Part shown: one piece after another, positions 28,870-38,673 of the stretch
How the letters are laid out: every line of letters starts with the position of its first letter
Position numbering within the stretch: position 1 is the first letter of the stretch
Source of the DNA: Butyricicoccus pullicaecorum
GTDB taxonomy: Bacteria > Bacillota > Clostridia > Oscillospirales > Butyricicoccaceae
Direction: 5' to 3'
Assembly: GCA_018365995.1 (NCBI GenBank)
Contig: JAGZIY010000003.1
Location: forward strand, 58,146-122,145
DNA: 64,000 nt
Program-made: the position numbers and the translations under genes
The notes under the pieces: model-generated
Told to the model about the DNA's origin: nothing
Databases searched by the model: none
The model's input: only the letters and a program-made list of their open reading frames with translations

Positions 28870-29793
28870 TTATAGGGATTGTAAAAATTCTTCTGCGAAT
28901 TTGGAAGCGGTTGCACCATCTGCCGCTGCGGTAATGATTTGACGCAGTGGCTTTTGGCGGACATCACCAACAGCGAACACACCGGAGATATTGGTACGTG
29001 TTGTTTCGTCGGCGATGATATAGCCTTGTGCATCACAGGAAACCTGCTCGGAAATGAGCGAGGTATCCGGAATCCGTCCGATTGCAACAAATAGACCGTC
29101 ACAGGCAAGAGAGGAGTGCTCTCCGGTTACGCGGTCGGTCATCTGAATACCGCTCAAATGCCCGTCCGTCGCTTCCAGACTATCAATTTGCTTGTTCCAC
29201 ATGAATTCCAGATTTTTTGCATTTTCGAGTGGGGCAAGGTAACTCTGGGTCGCACGCAGGGAGTCGCGGCGATGTACCAGATAGACCTTTTTACAGACTT
29301 TGGAGAGTGTCAGTGCGTCCTCAGCAGCAGAATTACCACCGCCTGCAACAACGACTGTCTTATCACGAAAGAACATGCCATCACAGGTTGCACAGTAAGA
29401 AACGCCGCGTCCGCGCAGAGCATCTTCATTAGGGAGTCCCAGCATACGGGGAGACGCACCTGTTGCAAGCATGACCGCCTTACCCAAGAAAGTACCAGCG
29501 CTTGTGACAATTTGTTTAGGCTGTGCAGTTAGATCCATGCTAGTTACCTCTGCATACTCAGTTACTGCACCAAACCGTTCTGCGCCACGCTGCATGCGCT
29601 CTGCAAGCGCAAAGCCATCGATTCCTTCGTCAAAACCGGGATAGTTGTCAACATGCGCGGTGGTTGCCATTTGTCCACCCGCAGACAGCTTTTCCAAAAC
29701 CAAAGTGCGCAGTCCGGCACGAACACAATAGAGTGCTGCCGTATAGCCGCCCGGACCGCCACCGATAATTACAACATCATAAAGCTGATCCAT
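28870..29793 (-). CDS. trxB: thioredoxin-disulfide reductase
   Basis: FAD motif VIIGGGPGG, redox-active CATCDG, NADPH motif GGGNSA, about 307 aa. Confidence 0.9.
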   Translation of the reverse strand: MDQLYDVVIIGGGPGGYTAALYCVRAGLRTLVLEKLSAGGQMATTAHVDNYPGFDEGIDGFALAERMQRGAERFGAVTEYAEVTSMDLTAQPKQIVTSAGTFLGKAVMLATGASPRMLGLPNEDALRGRGVSYCATCDGMFFRDKTVVVAGGGNSAAEDALTLSKVCKKVYLVHRRDSLRATQSYLAPLENAKNLEFMWNKQIDSLEATDGHLSGIQMTDRVTGEHSSLACDGLFVAIGRIPDTSLISEQVSCDAQGYIIADETTRTNISGVFAVGDVRQKPLRQIITAAADGATASKFAEEFLQSL

Positions 29794-29814
29794 AAAAAGT
29801 ACGCCTCCTATTAT

Positions 29815-30126
29815 TTAGCCACGCTGGGACGCAATCCAATCTTCGAGCTGTGCCTGAGAACTGGGGGCAATCAGTTTTTCCCCGTGATTACCATTCTGGA
29901 ATAGGTAAAAGGTGGGAATGACTTCAACTCCAAAGCGCTCTGCAAGTTCTGGCTGATCATCAGTATTGATGGTTGCGATGATGACATCACTCTTACCGTC
30001 CATACGGTGCAGGACAGGTTCGATGCGGCGGCAGTATACGCACCATGGCGCGGAAAATTCAACGAGAACAGGCTGCTGTGCCTGCAACACTTCTTTGTCA
30101 AAATTTTCAGTGGTTAATGTTATCAT
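29815..30126 (-). CDS. trxA: thioredoxin
   Basis: WCVYC active site (an unusual WCGPC variant). 104 aa from the ATG preceded by an AGGAGG RBS. The longer listed ORF start lacks an RBS. Confidence 0.8.
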   Translation of the reverse strand: MITLTTENFDKEVLQAQQPVLVEFSAPWCVYCRRIEPVLHRMDGKSDVIIATINTDDQPELAERFGVEVIPTFYLFQNGNHGEKLIAPSSQAQLEDWIASQRG

Positions 30127-30223
30127 AATGAGAATACCTCCTGTGTATTTGTTTTGTATGAATGTAGTATACCATATTTTTTTGAAAATAGCTGTAACTA
30201 AATCACACAAATTTAGTATAAAT

Positions 30224-30769
30224 TTAGAAGTGGTTTTTGCGATTAAAAAAATCGGCAGTCAGTTCCAAAATTGCATTGATTATCAGGCTGATACCAAAGA
30301 AACGAATGACAAGGCGGGTTACGCCAAAGGGGTTCATGAGTATAATGGCGCCAAGAATCAGCGGAGCCAAGGTAGAAAGCAGGAAGGGGATGCGTGCAGG
30401 ACTGTGCATCTGAAAGGAGTCGATGACAAATGGGATTTTGGCAAAGCCCCAAAGAAATAGCAAGATCCCGAGTGTAAGAGGTAAAAACGACAGGACAAAG
30501 TGCGGGAAAAATAGGATAAAGAGTCCGGCAATCAAGAGAAAGATGCCAAGGAATTGGTCACCTTGAGAAACATAGCCATGTTTTTTATTGCGCACATAGC
30601 GTATAAGCCGACCAGCAGCATATAGGAGTGCACTTGCTGCGAGTGCCAAGCAGAACAGTTTTCCGCTCATGTCCGGAAAGCGAATGAAAAAGATGCCCAG
30701 TACCAGAGACAGCAAAGCGGTTAGAAGCGTACCTTGGCGATTGGAGTCGCCTGAAAAGAATATAAACAT
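30224..30769 (-). CDS. DUF308/HdeD-like small multi-pass membrane protein
   Basis: 181 aa with six hydrophobic segments in a repeated short-helix pattern. RBS AAAGGAG. Confidence 0.5.
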   Translation of the reverse strand: MFIFFSGDSNRQGTLLTALLSLVLGIFFIRFPDMSGKLFCLALAASALLYAAGRLIRYVRNKKHGYVSQGDQFLGIFLLIAGLFILFFPHFVLSFLPLTLGILLFLWGFAKIPFVIDSFQMHSPARIPFLLSTLAPLILGAIILMNPFGVTRLVIRFFGISLIINAILELTADFFNRKNHF

Positions 30770-30951
30770 AAGAAAAATCTCCTTTAATATATGATTTCAT
30801 TCTAGCACAGTCTGGGTATAAACACAACGATATTCCGATTTGGGCAGACTGACCAGAGAGAAAGAAAAAAAGATAAAAAGTTTGTCCGCTTTGCGGCTTT
30901 TCGTCTGGGAGGGAATCGTGTATGCTAGGATAGCTAGAGGGGGAATTTATT

Positions 30952-32307
30952 ATGACAAAGTCTATGACACAAGGCGGACCGGCACGCCTTATTTTTTTGT
31001 TTGCACTGCCGTTATTAGGGGGGAACTTATTTCAGCAATTTTATAATATGATGGACGCATTGATTGTTGGCAATATCCTTGGTGAAAATGCACTGGCAGC
31101 AGTTGGGTGTACCGGCAGTATCATGTTCCTGATTATTGGATTTGTACAAGGCATGACATCAGGACTGTCCATTGTGACAGCTCGGCATTTTGGTGCAAAT
31201 GATTTGACCTACGTGCGGCGCAGCTTTGCGGCGAATATTGTGATTGGTACAGTGGTCACGGTGGTTCTAACAATGTTTGCGGTTCCGTTTGCACGTCCGA
31301 TTTTGCGTCTGATGAAAACACCGGCGATTATCTTAGAGGATGCGTATTCTTATATTGTTATTATTTACGCAGGTATATTCGCGGCTATGCTGTTTAATGT
31401 GCTGTCTAACGTTTTGCGTGCATTGGGTGATAGCCGCACGCCGCTGCTGTTTTTGATTATCTCCAGTATCTTAAATGTTGTGTTGGATATTGTTTTAATT
31501 CGATATACGCGCATGGGGGTCAGTGGTGCGGCAGTAGCAACTGTCATTTCACAGATTATCTCTGGTGTGCTGTGTGTTTTGTACATCAAAAAGAAATTTC
31601 CAATTCTACATTTGAAAAAGGAAGATTTTCATTTGACAAAAGGCGAAATCAGCCAGCACCTTTTGGTAGGGCTTCCAATGGGCTTTCAGGCATCTATCAT
31701 CGGTATTGGCGTAATTATCCTGCAAATTGTGCTCAATCAACAGGGAGAGCAGGCAGTTGCGGCATATACAGCTGCCCAAAAAATAGAACAATTGATGGTT
31801 TCCCCATTGAATTGCTTCGGTATGACGATGGCAACCTATACAGCACAGAATTACGGAGCTGGAAAAATTGAGCGTATTCGCATGGGGGTACACCGCTGTA
31901 TGGCAATGTCTCTCGGTTATACAGCGGTGATTACGTTGATTGCGGTGACGGCTGGAGCAAGATTGGTGCAGCTATTTGGGTTTGATAATCCAGAGATTAT
32001 CGGTTTGGCATCTACTTATTTACATTCGACAAGTATGTTTTATTGGACGCTGTCGCTGCTCTTTATTCTACGTTATACTTTGCAGGGAGTTGGGCAGAGT
32101 ATTGTACCGACCATTGCAGGTGTTATGGAGTTGGTCATGCGTGCGGTGGGATGCGCGGCTTTAGCAGCACCATTCGGATTTACAGGCATCTGTATTGCGT
32201 ATGCACTGGCGTGGCCGGGTTCGTTGTGCCCGCTTGTGATTTCTTACGTTTTTACCATGCGGCGCATGAGAAAAAATATGGAGATTTCTAAAAGAACAGA
32301 GATTTGA
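30952..32307 (+). CDS. MATE-family efflux transporter
   Basis: 12 TM helices. The N-terminal pattern GGPARLIFLFALPLLGGNLFQQFYNMMDALIVG is typical of MATE/NorM/DinF. Confidence 0.85.
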   Translation: MTKSMTQGGPARLIFLFALPLLGGNLFQQFYNMMDALIVGNILGENALAAVGCTGSIMFLIIGFVQGMTSGLSIVTARHFGANDLTYVRRSFAANIVIGTVVTVVLTMFAVPFARPILRLMKTPAIILEDAYSYIVIIYAGIFAAMLFNVLSNVLRALGDSRTPLLFLIISSILNVVLDIVLIRYTRMGVSGAAVATVISQIISGVLCVLYIKKKFPILHLKKEDFHLTKGEISQHLLVGLPMGFQASIIGIGVIILQIVLNQQGEQAVAAYTAAQKIEQLMVSPLNCFGMTMATYTAQNYGAGKIERIRMGVHRCMAMSLGYTAVITLIAVTAGARLVQLFGFDNPEIIGLASTYLHSTSMFYWTLSLLFILRYTLQGVGQSIVPTIAGVMELVMRAVGCAALAAPFGFTGICIAYALAWPGSLCPLVISYVFTMRRMRKNMEISKRTEI

Positions 32308-32823
32308 TAGCTTTCATATTCTATTATTTATAATAAAACATGAGGAACATCTGAACGGCATCGGACGTATCACGAAGTAAAACGGTTTACAAAATGGAGA
32401 CGGAAACGCAGAGGAATAAAAGATAAAATATATAGAAAACAGGGCAAATTGAAAGTGTGCGGGCAGATGAAGTTCGGAATGTTGGTTGTATAGTATCTGC
32501 GTAAATATTGCAAAAAATGCGGAAATAATAGAGAAATAGCACAAAATATGATTTGCAATATTTGGTATATTTGGAAAAACAAGAATGGATGAAGCCTATG
32601 TGCCTCAGCCGTTTTTTGTTTTATATTGTATAGTTGTTAGCACATGGAATGATTTGTTGTTTCACAAATATAGTTATCGGATAATATAGGGAATGTGTAT
32701 ATAAAAGACCTAATAATAATATGCTCTCATAAATTGGAAAATAGGGGATTGCATTGTGAGAAAATATATAGTAATATCGAGATATACTCTTTGAGAAAAA
32801 GGAAAAGGGAAGGTATTTTCGGT

Positions 32824-35409
32824 ATGAAAAAGTTTGTTTCTGGTGTTTTGCTCTCATCAATTCTTTTGAATAGTGGTGCGATGCCTGCTCTGGCAGCTGC
32901 CTCCTCCAGTCAAACTGTTTCTGTTAAGGAAACGAAGAATGCGTCTGAGGTGCTGATTCGAAATTATGTACAGTATCTGGCTGGCAATGCGCATATGAAT
33001 CAAAATGCAGATGTCAAGTCCAAACTTGATGCAATTGATAAGAATGCTGAAAAAGCGCTTGCGGCATATCAGGGGATCAAGAATCCATATCAGATGTTTG
33101 CAGGTGAGCAGTTTGATATGCGTGATGAAAAAACAGTTCAGGCAACACCTGTTACTTCAGACGCGTTCTATAAGAACTCACAGTCATTCTATGATATGGC
33201 ACTTGCCTATGCAACAAGTGGCTCGAAATATTATAAAAATGCAGAATTACAGCAAAAACTAATCGAAGCAATTGGTGCATTTTATCAGGTGTATCAGAAG
33301 CATATGAGTTATAAGGATAAGGATGGAAAGCTGTTTGGCAACTGGTGGAACTGGGAAATCGGTGTACCGACCAAGATGACTGCGGTTCTGGCACTCATGC
33401 AAGAGGAAATACAGAAAAATGATCCCAGTCTGATTCCGAACTTTGTAAAGTGCTTTGATAATAATTTGCGAAACGGAAAAAATGGGGATGTTGCTCTGAC
33501 ATCGGCGATGCACACAGGCACAAACCTGATCGACATTACCACAAACCGCATCATTCAGGGCGCACTGATTCAGGATACCAAGCGTATTGAGAAGTCTGTT
33601 CAGGATATGCTGACTGTTTTCAAAACCATAGACCCTTATCATATTGTCAATAACAATACCGATGGGGTCTATGCAGATGGCTCTTTTATTCAGCATCATC
33701 GCGTTGCCTATACAGGCTCTTATGGCAAGCTGATGCTTCAAAAGGCAGTATCTTCTCTTTATATTTTGCAGGATACCACATGGCAGCCAAAGGAGCAGGT
33801 TGCAACCATTGAAGGTTGGATTTATAATAGCTTTCTGCCGCTTATTCATGAAGGCTATATGTCTGAAGTGGTAAAGGGGCGTGCGGTTTCCCGTACAAAC
33901 ACCGGATATTCGGATACCGCTGGTGTTGTGGAAGCAATGACTCTGCTTACAACCTTTCTGCCGCAGGAAAACAGCAAAAAGATGAAGCAGCAAATCAAGT
34001 ATTTTGTAGATTCCATGCCCGTTCCATTTTCGGCAGCCTCGCTGACCTTGCCTGCGATTGCACCCTATACCGAAATTATGAAGGACGAAACCGTTCAGCC
34101 AGCAAATGCGGTTCCGAATGGAAGTGTTGTATTTAATGCGATGGATCGTAATTTTCAACGTGCGGATGGTTTTACCTTCGCACTTTCCCGAAGCTCTGAT
34201 CGTATTGCAAAATATGAATATATGAGCGGAGAAAATCTGAAACCATGGTTTCAGGGCGACGGCGCGTTCTATCTGTATCTGTCAGGGGTCGATCAGACCA
34301 AGCAGTATGGCATCGATTATTTCTCGACTGTTGACCCATACCGACTTCCGGGCACAACGGTTCCGAAGGAGGAACGCAAGACCATTATGGAGCTGTATGA
34401 TGGCAGTCAGTTCTATCCCAAATATACTGCAAGCAGCGTAGAACAGAATGACTATGTATATTTCCCGGTTGGAACCAATACATTTTCTGGAAGCGTTGTG
34501 CTCAAGGACGCGGGTGTGAGCATGGCAGGAATGCAGCTCGGCGATGACAATGGTTATGCTGCGAAGAAAGCCGGAAAGCTGCCAGAAGACTTTGTTGCAT
34601 ACAAGAACGCAACGGGCAACAAGTCATGGTTTATGATGGAAGATAAGATTGTGTTTATGGGTTCTGGAATTGGAGATGCAAACCAGCGTGAGGTGACAAC
34701 AACGATTGATAACCGTATGATGTCGCCTGATGCCAAGGTCACAGTCAGCGCACAGGGGCGTGACGGCAAGCCGATTGCTGTTAAGGAAGGTGCTTTTGAT
34801 CTCCAGTGGCTGAGCTATCAAGATGATAGTATTCAGGCGAAGGTGGGATACTACTTCCCAGAAAGCAAAAAGATTCAAATCAAGACCCCGACCGTACAGG
34901 GAGAACAGAAGAATGTTCGCAATGTTGCAGGGCAAAAGGCATATCCGGTCACAAAGAAATATTTTACCATGACTTATGAGCATGGAAAGACGGCTGAAGA
35001 TGAATATAGCTATGTGATTTTGCCGAATGCAACTGCGGAGACTATGAAGCAGTATGCGGCAAAACCAGATGTTAAGATTTTGGAGAACTCTAAGAACATC
35101 CATGCGGTACAGGATACCGAGGGACAAATCACAGCAGTGAATTTCTTTGCCGCAGGAAAGACGGCTGGTATACAGGCAGCAAATCCTGCTTGTGTGCTCA
35201 TGAAGAAGGCTGATGGGAAGATTACCATTGCATTGTCCGATCCGCTTTTCCGTCAGGATCAGATTGATCTTGTTTTGGATATTCCAAATGCCAAGGTCAT
35301 CACAAAAGATGAAAAGATTCAGGCAGTCTGCAACAAGGAGCAGGTGGAACTGAAGTTTAATACCAAGCAGCTGTATGGCAAGACTTTGGAAATTACTTTG
35401 CAGGCATAA
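32824..35409 (+). CDS. secreted polysaccharide lyase family 8-like enzyme (hyaluronate / chondroitin-AC / xanthan lyase type)
   Basis: Signal peptide MKKFVSGVLLSSILLNSGAMPALAAA. About 860 aa. NWWNWEIG and DGSFIQHH...YTGSYG blocks resemble the PL8 catalytic region (Asn/His/Tyr). Confidence 0.7.
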   Translation: MKKFVSGVLLSSILLNSGAMPALAAASSSQTVSVKETKNASEVLIRNYVQYLAGNAHMNQNADVKSKLDAIDKNAEKALAAYQGIKNPYQMFAGEQFDMRDEKTVQATPVTSDAFYKNSQSFYDMALAYATSGSKYYKNAELQQKLIEAIGAFYQVYQKHMSYKDKDGKLFGNWWNWEIGVPTKMTAVLALMQEEIQKNDPSLIPNFVKCFDNNLRNGKNGDVALTSAMHTGTNLIDITTNRIIQGALIQDTKRIEKSVQDMLTVFKTIDPYHIVNNNTDGVYADGSFIQHHRVAYTGSYGKLMLQKAVSSLYILQDTTWQPKEQVATIEGWIYNSFLPLIHEGYMSEVVKGRAVSRTNTGYSDTAGVVEAMTLLTTFLPQENSKKMKQQIKYFVDSMPVPFSAASLTLPAIAPYTEIMKDETVQPANAVPNGSVVFNAMDRNFQRADGFTFALSRSSDRIAKYEYMSGENLKPWFQGDGAFYLYLSGVDQTKQYGIDYFSTVDPYRLPGTTVPKEERKTIMELYDGSQFYPKYTASSVEQNDYVYFPVGTNTFSGSVVLKDAGVSMAGMQLGDDNGYAAKKAGKLPEDFVAYKNATGNKSWFMMEDKIVFMGSGIGDANQREVTTTIDNRMMSPDAKVTVSAQGRDGKPIAVKEGAFDLQWLSYQDDSIQAKVGYYFPESKKIQIKTPTVQGEQKNVRNVAGQKAYPVTKKYFTMTYEHGKTAEDEYSYVILPNATAETMKQYAAKPDVKILENSKNIHAVQDTEGQITAVNFFAAGKTAGIQAANPACVLMKKADGKITIALSDPLFRQDQIDLVLDIPNAKVITKDEKIQAVCNKEQVELKFNTKQLYGKTLEITLQA

Positions 35410-35440
35410 GCACAATGGGATATTATTGGAAATGATTGAT

Positions 35441-35473
35441 AAAGGGCATGACCGGATAGCGGCCATGCCCTTT
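35441..35473. terminator. hairpin between convergent genes (probable bidirectional terminator)
   Basis: 10-bp stem AAAGGGCATG / CATGCCCTTT with a 13-nt loop. The flanking U-runs are weak. Confidence 0.5.
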
Positions 35474-35519
35474 GTGCTGCGGGAAAAGAAAATATATGGC
35501 TGTATACAGCCAAATGCTC

Positions 35520-36518
35520 TTACTGAGGATTGGATGTAGAATTGCTGTTATCTTCAGAGCTGCTTTCACTGTTATCAGGCGTTTCATCCTGAAAGTATGT
35601 AGGCGCTTGTGTTTCTGTTGGTTTGGGTGAAGGGGAATATGATGCCCAATTATTTTTGGATTTGCTTATTTTATACTTACGTATACGTATGAATATCAAT
35701 ATAAACACTACGGTGAACACAATCAGGACAAATGGCCAGATGCTTGCCAAAGCAATCAGTAGTGCCTGAATAAAGTGAATGAATCCATAGGTGCCCTCTG
35801 TAAAAGCACGTTTCATATCAGAACCAAACGCCATGGTTTCAGGTATCGTGGAGAGTGTATGCACCTCGTTGACATGCAGCTCAATGGTTGAAAAATTTAC
35901 AAGGCTGTCATATTTGTTTAGTGTTCCTGTAAGGGTGTCGATTTCGGACTGCACCTCTGCAAGGGCATTTTCCAACGCAATGATATCCTCCATTTTGGTT
36001 GCTTTTTGAAGCAGCGATAACAGACGTTCCTGCTTAATTTTTTGTGCCTTTAGGCGATTTTCACGGTCAAAATAGAGTTCGCTGATATCCTGAAGGTCTT
36101 CGCTTTTGTGTGTAACCGTACAAAGAGAACCGACTTGGCTTAAAAAGCTGGCATATTGATTTTGTGGGATACGCAGGGTATAAGAGACAGAACGGCTGCC
36201 GATTTCGCCAGATTGATTACTGTGCTCAATATAGCCCTGCAAGCGCTTGACCAGAGATTCAATTTCGGAAATGGTTTGGGGGAACTCAGTGGTTTCTGCG
36301 GACACACTTGCGGTATAGATAAGCTTTGTGTTTGGACGTTGTGCATCATCTTCTGGCAGGGGTTCGGGGGCGGACACGGATGCGGAGGGAGAAAAGCCAA
36401 CAGACGCATCGTTGGAGGCGCTTTCTGATATGCTTTTCGAGCCGCCGCCACATCCGGTAAAAAGCGCTGAAATGAGACTCGTATACAATAAAAGTGCACA
36501 TAATTTATACTTTTTCAT
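35520..36518 (-). CDS. DUF4349-like lipoprotein with a C-terminal TM anchor and a Ser/Pro-rich tail
   Basis: Lipobox LFTGCGGG. Central coiled-coil-like region, C-terminal TM helix and a low-complexity tail. Confidence 0.55.
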   Translation of the reverse strand: MKKYKLCALLLYTSLISALFTGCGGGSKSISESASNDASVGFSPSASVSAPEPLPEDDAQRPNTKLIYTASVSAETTEFPQTISEIESLVKRLQGYIEHSNQSGEIGSRSVSYTLRIPQNQYASFLSQVGSLCTVTHKSEDLQDISELYFDRENRLKAQKIKQERLLSLLQKATKMEDIIALENALAEVQSEIDTLTGTLNKYDSLVNFSTIELHVNEVHTLSTIPETMAFGSDMKRAFTEGTYGFIHFIQALLIALASIWPFVLIVFTVVFILIFIRIRKYKISKSKNNWASYSPSPKPTETQAPTYFQDETPDNSESSSEDNSNSTSNPQ

Positions 36519-36605
36519 AACCTGCACCTCACTTTTCGCGTTGACCAAGAATTTGATTTTATTCTATCATTTCGCCCAAGCTGATGCAAGTATTTCTGCA
36601 TATTT

Positions 36606-36965
36606 TTACTTTTTTGTAAACAGTTCACGCAAACCAATCCAAAGCAAAAGAATCCCAAATCCACGGCGAATGAGGGATAAATCCAAGTGTGCTGCCAGAT
36701 AACAGCCAAGGATAGAAAGCGGAATTCCAGAAATGATGCAGAACTTGACAGCGCTGTTGTCAATGAGTTTGTTTTTCCAGTGGCTGAACAGCGCAGGGGG
36801 AGCACACGCCAGAAAATACATCAGATTCATGCCGGCGGCTTGACGTTGTGAGATGTCCATAACGCAGGTGAGCCAGAGCATGAGCAAAGAGCCGCCCCCG
36901 ATTCCAAAACCGGACAGGATACCAGTCAATAAGCCAATCAGGACTGCGAAGAGAAAAGGTATCAT
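36606..36965 (-). CDS. TauE/SafE (TSUP) family half-transporter, C-terminal-half homologue
   Basis: GxGGG motif (GFGIGGGS) and four TM helices. Its start overlaps the upstream gene's stop (ATGA). Confidence 0.6.
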   Translation of the reverse strand: MIPFLFAVLIGLLTGILSGFGIGGGSLLMLWLTCVMDISQRQAAGMNLMYFLACAPPALFSHWKNKLIDNSAVKFCIISGIPLSILGCYLAAHLDLSLIRRGFGILLLWIGLRELFTKK

Positions 36966-37321
36966 AATAATAGCACCGCCCGAATTCCGCCATAGAGAAT
37001 GAGTAAACCAAATGCTCGTCGGAGCCAGAGCATTTTCACGTTTTTGAAGATACGTCCGGCAATCAGTCCGCCAATTGTACCACCGATTAGGTAGGGGATC
37101 GCCTGCCTGATGGGGAGTGCACCGTTTTGATAGTAGAGAATAACAGAAATGATGGACAAAGGAAAAATGATTGCAACAGATGTCGCAAACGCTTTTCGCT
37201 CAGAAAGACCACACCAGCGGGATAGCAAGGGAACCAGAAATAGTCCGCCGCCTGCCCCAAAGAGACCGTTGGTCAGTCCTGCAAGCGCACCTGTGCAGAG
37301 AAACTGATATTTTTTAGCCAT
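36962..37321 (-). CDS. TauE/SafE (TSUP) family half-transporter, N-terminal-half homologue
   Basis: GAGGGLFLVPLL motif and four TM helices. RBS GGAGGG before the ATG at 37321. Confidence 0.6.
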   Translation of the reverse strand: MAKKYQFLCTGALAGLTNGLFGAGGGLFLVPLLSRWCGLSERKAFATSVAIIFPLSIISVILYYQNGALPIRQAIPYLIGGTIGGLIAGRIFKNVKMLWLRRAFGLLILYGGIRAVLLL

Positions 37322-37460
37322 AAAGAAAACCCTCCGCGCATAGTATGCACAGAGGGAGAAAAAGTATGTCCAAGTTTGGAAGAAAGAAGAATACAATGTG
37401 TCGAAAAAGACACTCTGCCATTTTATTTTTTGTGGAAGTCAGAGAGGGGAAAGTGAAGGA

Positions 37461-38588
37461 TTATACCTTGCTTGCCCAGTTTCCGGTTGCGGCTGCGGTC
37501 AAATACGCATTGATAAAGCCGTCGATATCACCGTCCATCACGGCGTTGATATTTGCGGACTCATAGGCAGTACGGGTGTCCTTTGCCAGTGTATAGGGCA
37601 TAAAGACATAGGAGCGAATCTGGCTGCCCCATTCAATCTTTTTCTGATCGCCCTTGATATCCGAGATTTTATCCAGATGCTCACGTTCCTTGATTTCAAC
37701 TAGCTTAGAGCGCAGCATTTTCATACAGTTATCCTTGTTTTGGAACTGAGAACGTTCGGTCTGACAGGCAACGACAATGCCTGTTGGCTTGTGGATCAAA
37801 CGAACCGCAGAGGAGGTCTTGTTGATGTGCTGACCACCCGCGCCAGAGGAACGGAACACCTGCATTTCGATATCCGCTGGATTGATTTCAACATCTTGAG
37901 AATCATCATCGATTTCTGGGATGACTTCGATTGCAGAAAATGAGGTGTGACGACGTCCCGAAGAATCGAACGGAGAAATGCGGACAAGCCGGTGTACACC
38001 GGATTCGCCCTTGAGATAACCATAAGCATTTTCGCCTTCGATCAGGATATCAGCAGATTTGAGACCAGCTTCTTCACCGTCCTGATAGTCCATGATTTTA
38101 TAGGTAAAGCCATGACGCTCTGCCCAGCGGGTATACATACGGTAGAGCATAGAACACCAGTCCTGTGCTTCGGTTCCGCCTGCACCTGCATGGAAGGAAA
38201 CAAGCGCATTGTTCTTATCATATTCACCAGTCAGCAGCGTTTGCAGCTTTTGGCGGTTCATGCTTTCTTCCAGTTCGGCATAGCCGGTTTCGAGTTCGTC
38301 CAGCATGGATTCGTCATCGGATTCAATTGCGAGGTCACAAAGGGTAATCAGATCCTCCCACTGTGCATACATTTGGTTAAAGGTCTCGATTTTTCCCTTA
38401 AGTGCTCCCATACGGGATACAACTTTTTGAGAGGACTCTGGATCATCCCAAAAGCCGGGCTGAGAGGACTTCATTTCCAGTTCATCGACCTCGCGGCGCG
38501 CCTGTTCGAGTCCGAGGTTTCCGCGCAGCTCTTCGATTGCTGGCTCGAGGTTGTGCAGTTTTACTTTATATTCTTCAAATTGCAGCAT
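37461..38588 (-). CDS. prfB: peptide chain release factor 2
   Basis: SPF tripeptide and GGQ motif (GAGGQHINKT). About 375 aa. The reading frame is continuous, so there is no programmed +1 frameshift site. RBS AAAGGAG. Confidence 0.9.
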   Translation of the reverse strand: MLQFEEYKVKLHNLEPAIEELRGNLGLEQARREVDELEMKSSQPGFWDDPESSQKVVSRMGALKGKIETFNQMYAQWEDLITLCDLAIESDDESMLDELETGYAELEESMNRQKLQTLLTGEYDKNNALVSFHAGAGGTEAQDWCSMLYRMYTRWAERHGFTYKIMDYQDGEEAGLKSADILIEGENAYGYLKGESGVHRLVRISPFDSSGRRHTSFSAIEVIPEIDDDSQDVEINPADIEMQVFRSSGAGGQHINKTSSAVRLIHKPTGIVVACQTERSQFQNKDNCMKMLRSKLVEIKEREHLDKISDIKGDQKKIEWGSQIRSYVFMPYTLAKDTRTAYESANINAVMDGDIDGFINAYLTAAATGNWASKV

Positions 38589-38673
38589 TTTCTATGCTCC
38601 TTTATGAGATTTTAGATTATCTTCTATTATAATATATAAAAGGGGGGACTGTAAAGAATTTTCGCACAGACAC

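Noticed and set aside
32308-32823. Possible CRISPR array or tandem-repeat array in AT-rich intergenic stretches (also 11733-12130 and 3215-3527)
   Set aside because: No regularly spaced direct repeats of 25-40 bp with unique spacers were found. Only short inverted repeats and promoter-like A/T tracts are present.
36962-36965. Frameshift pseudogene explanation for the split TauE genes
   Set aside because: It is not fully rejected. The ATGA overlap, an intact RBS for the upstream half and complete 4-TM repeats in each half favour a real two-gene arrangement. The pseudogene alternative is kept as the refutation condition in the finding.
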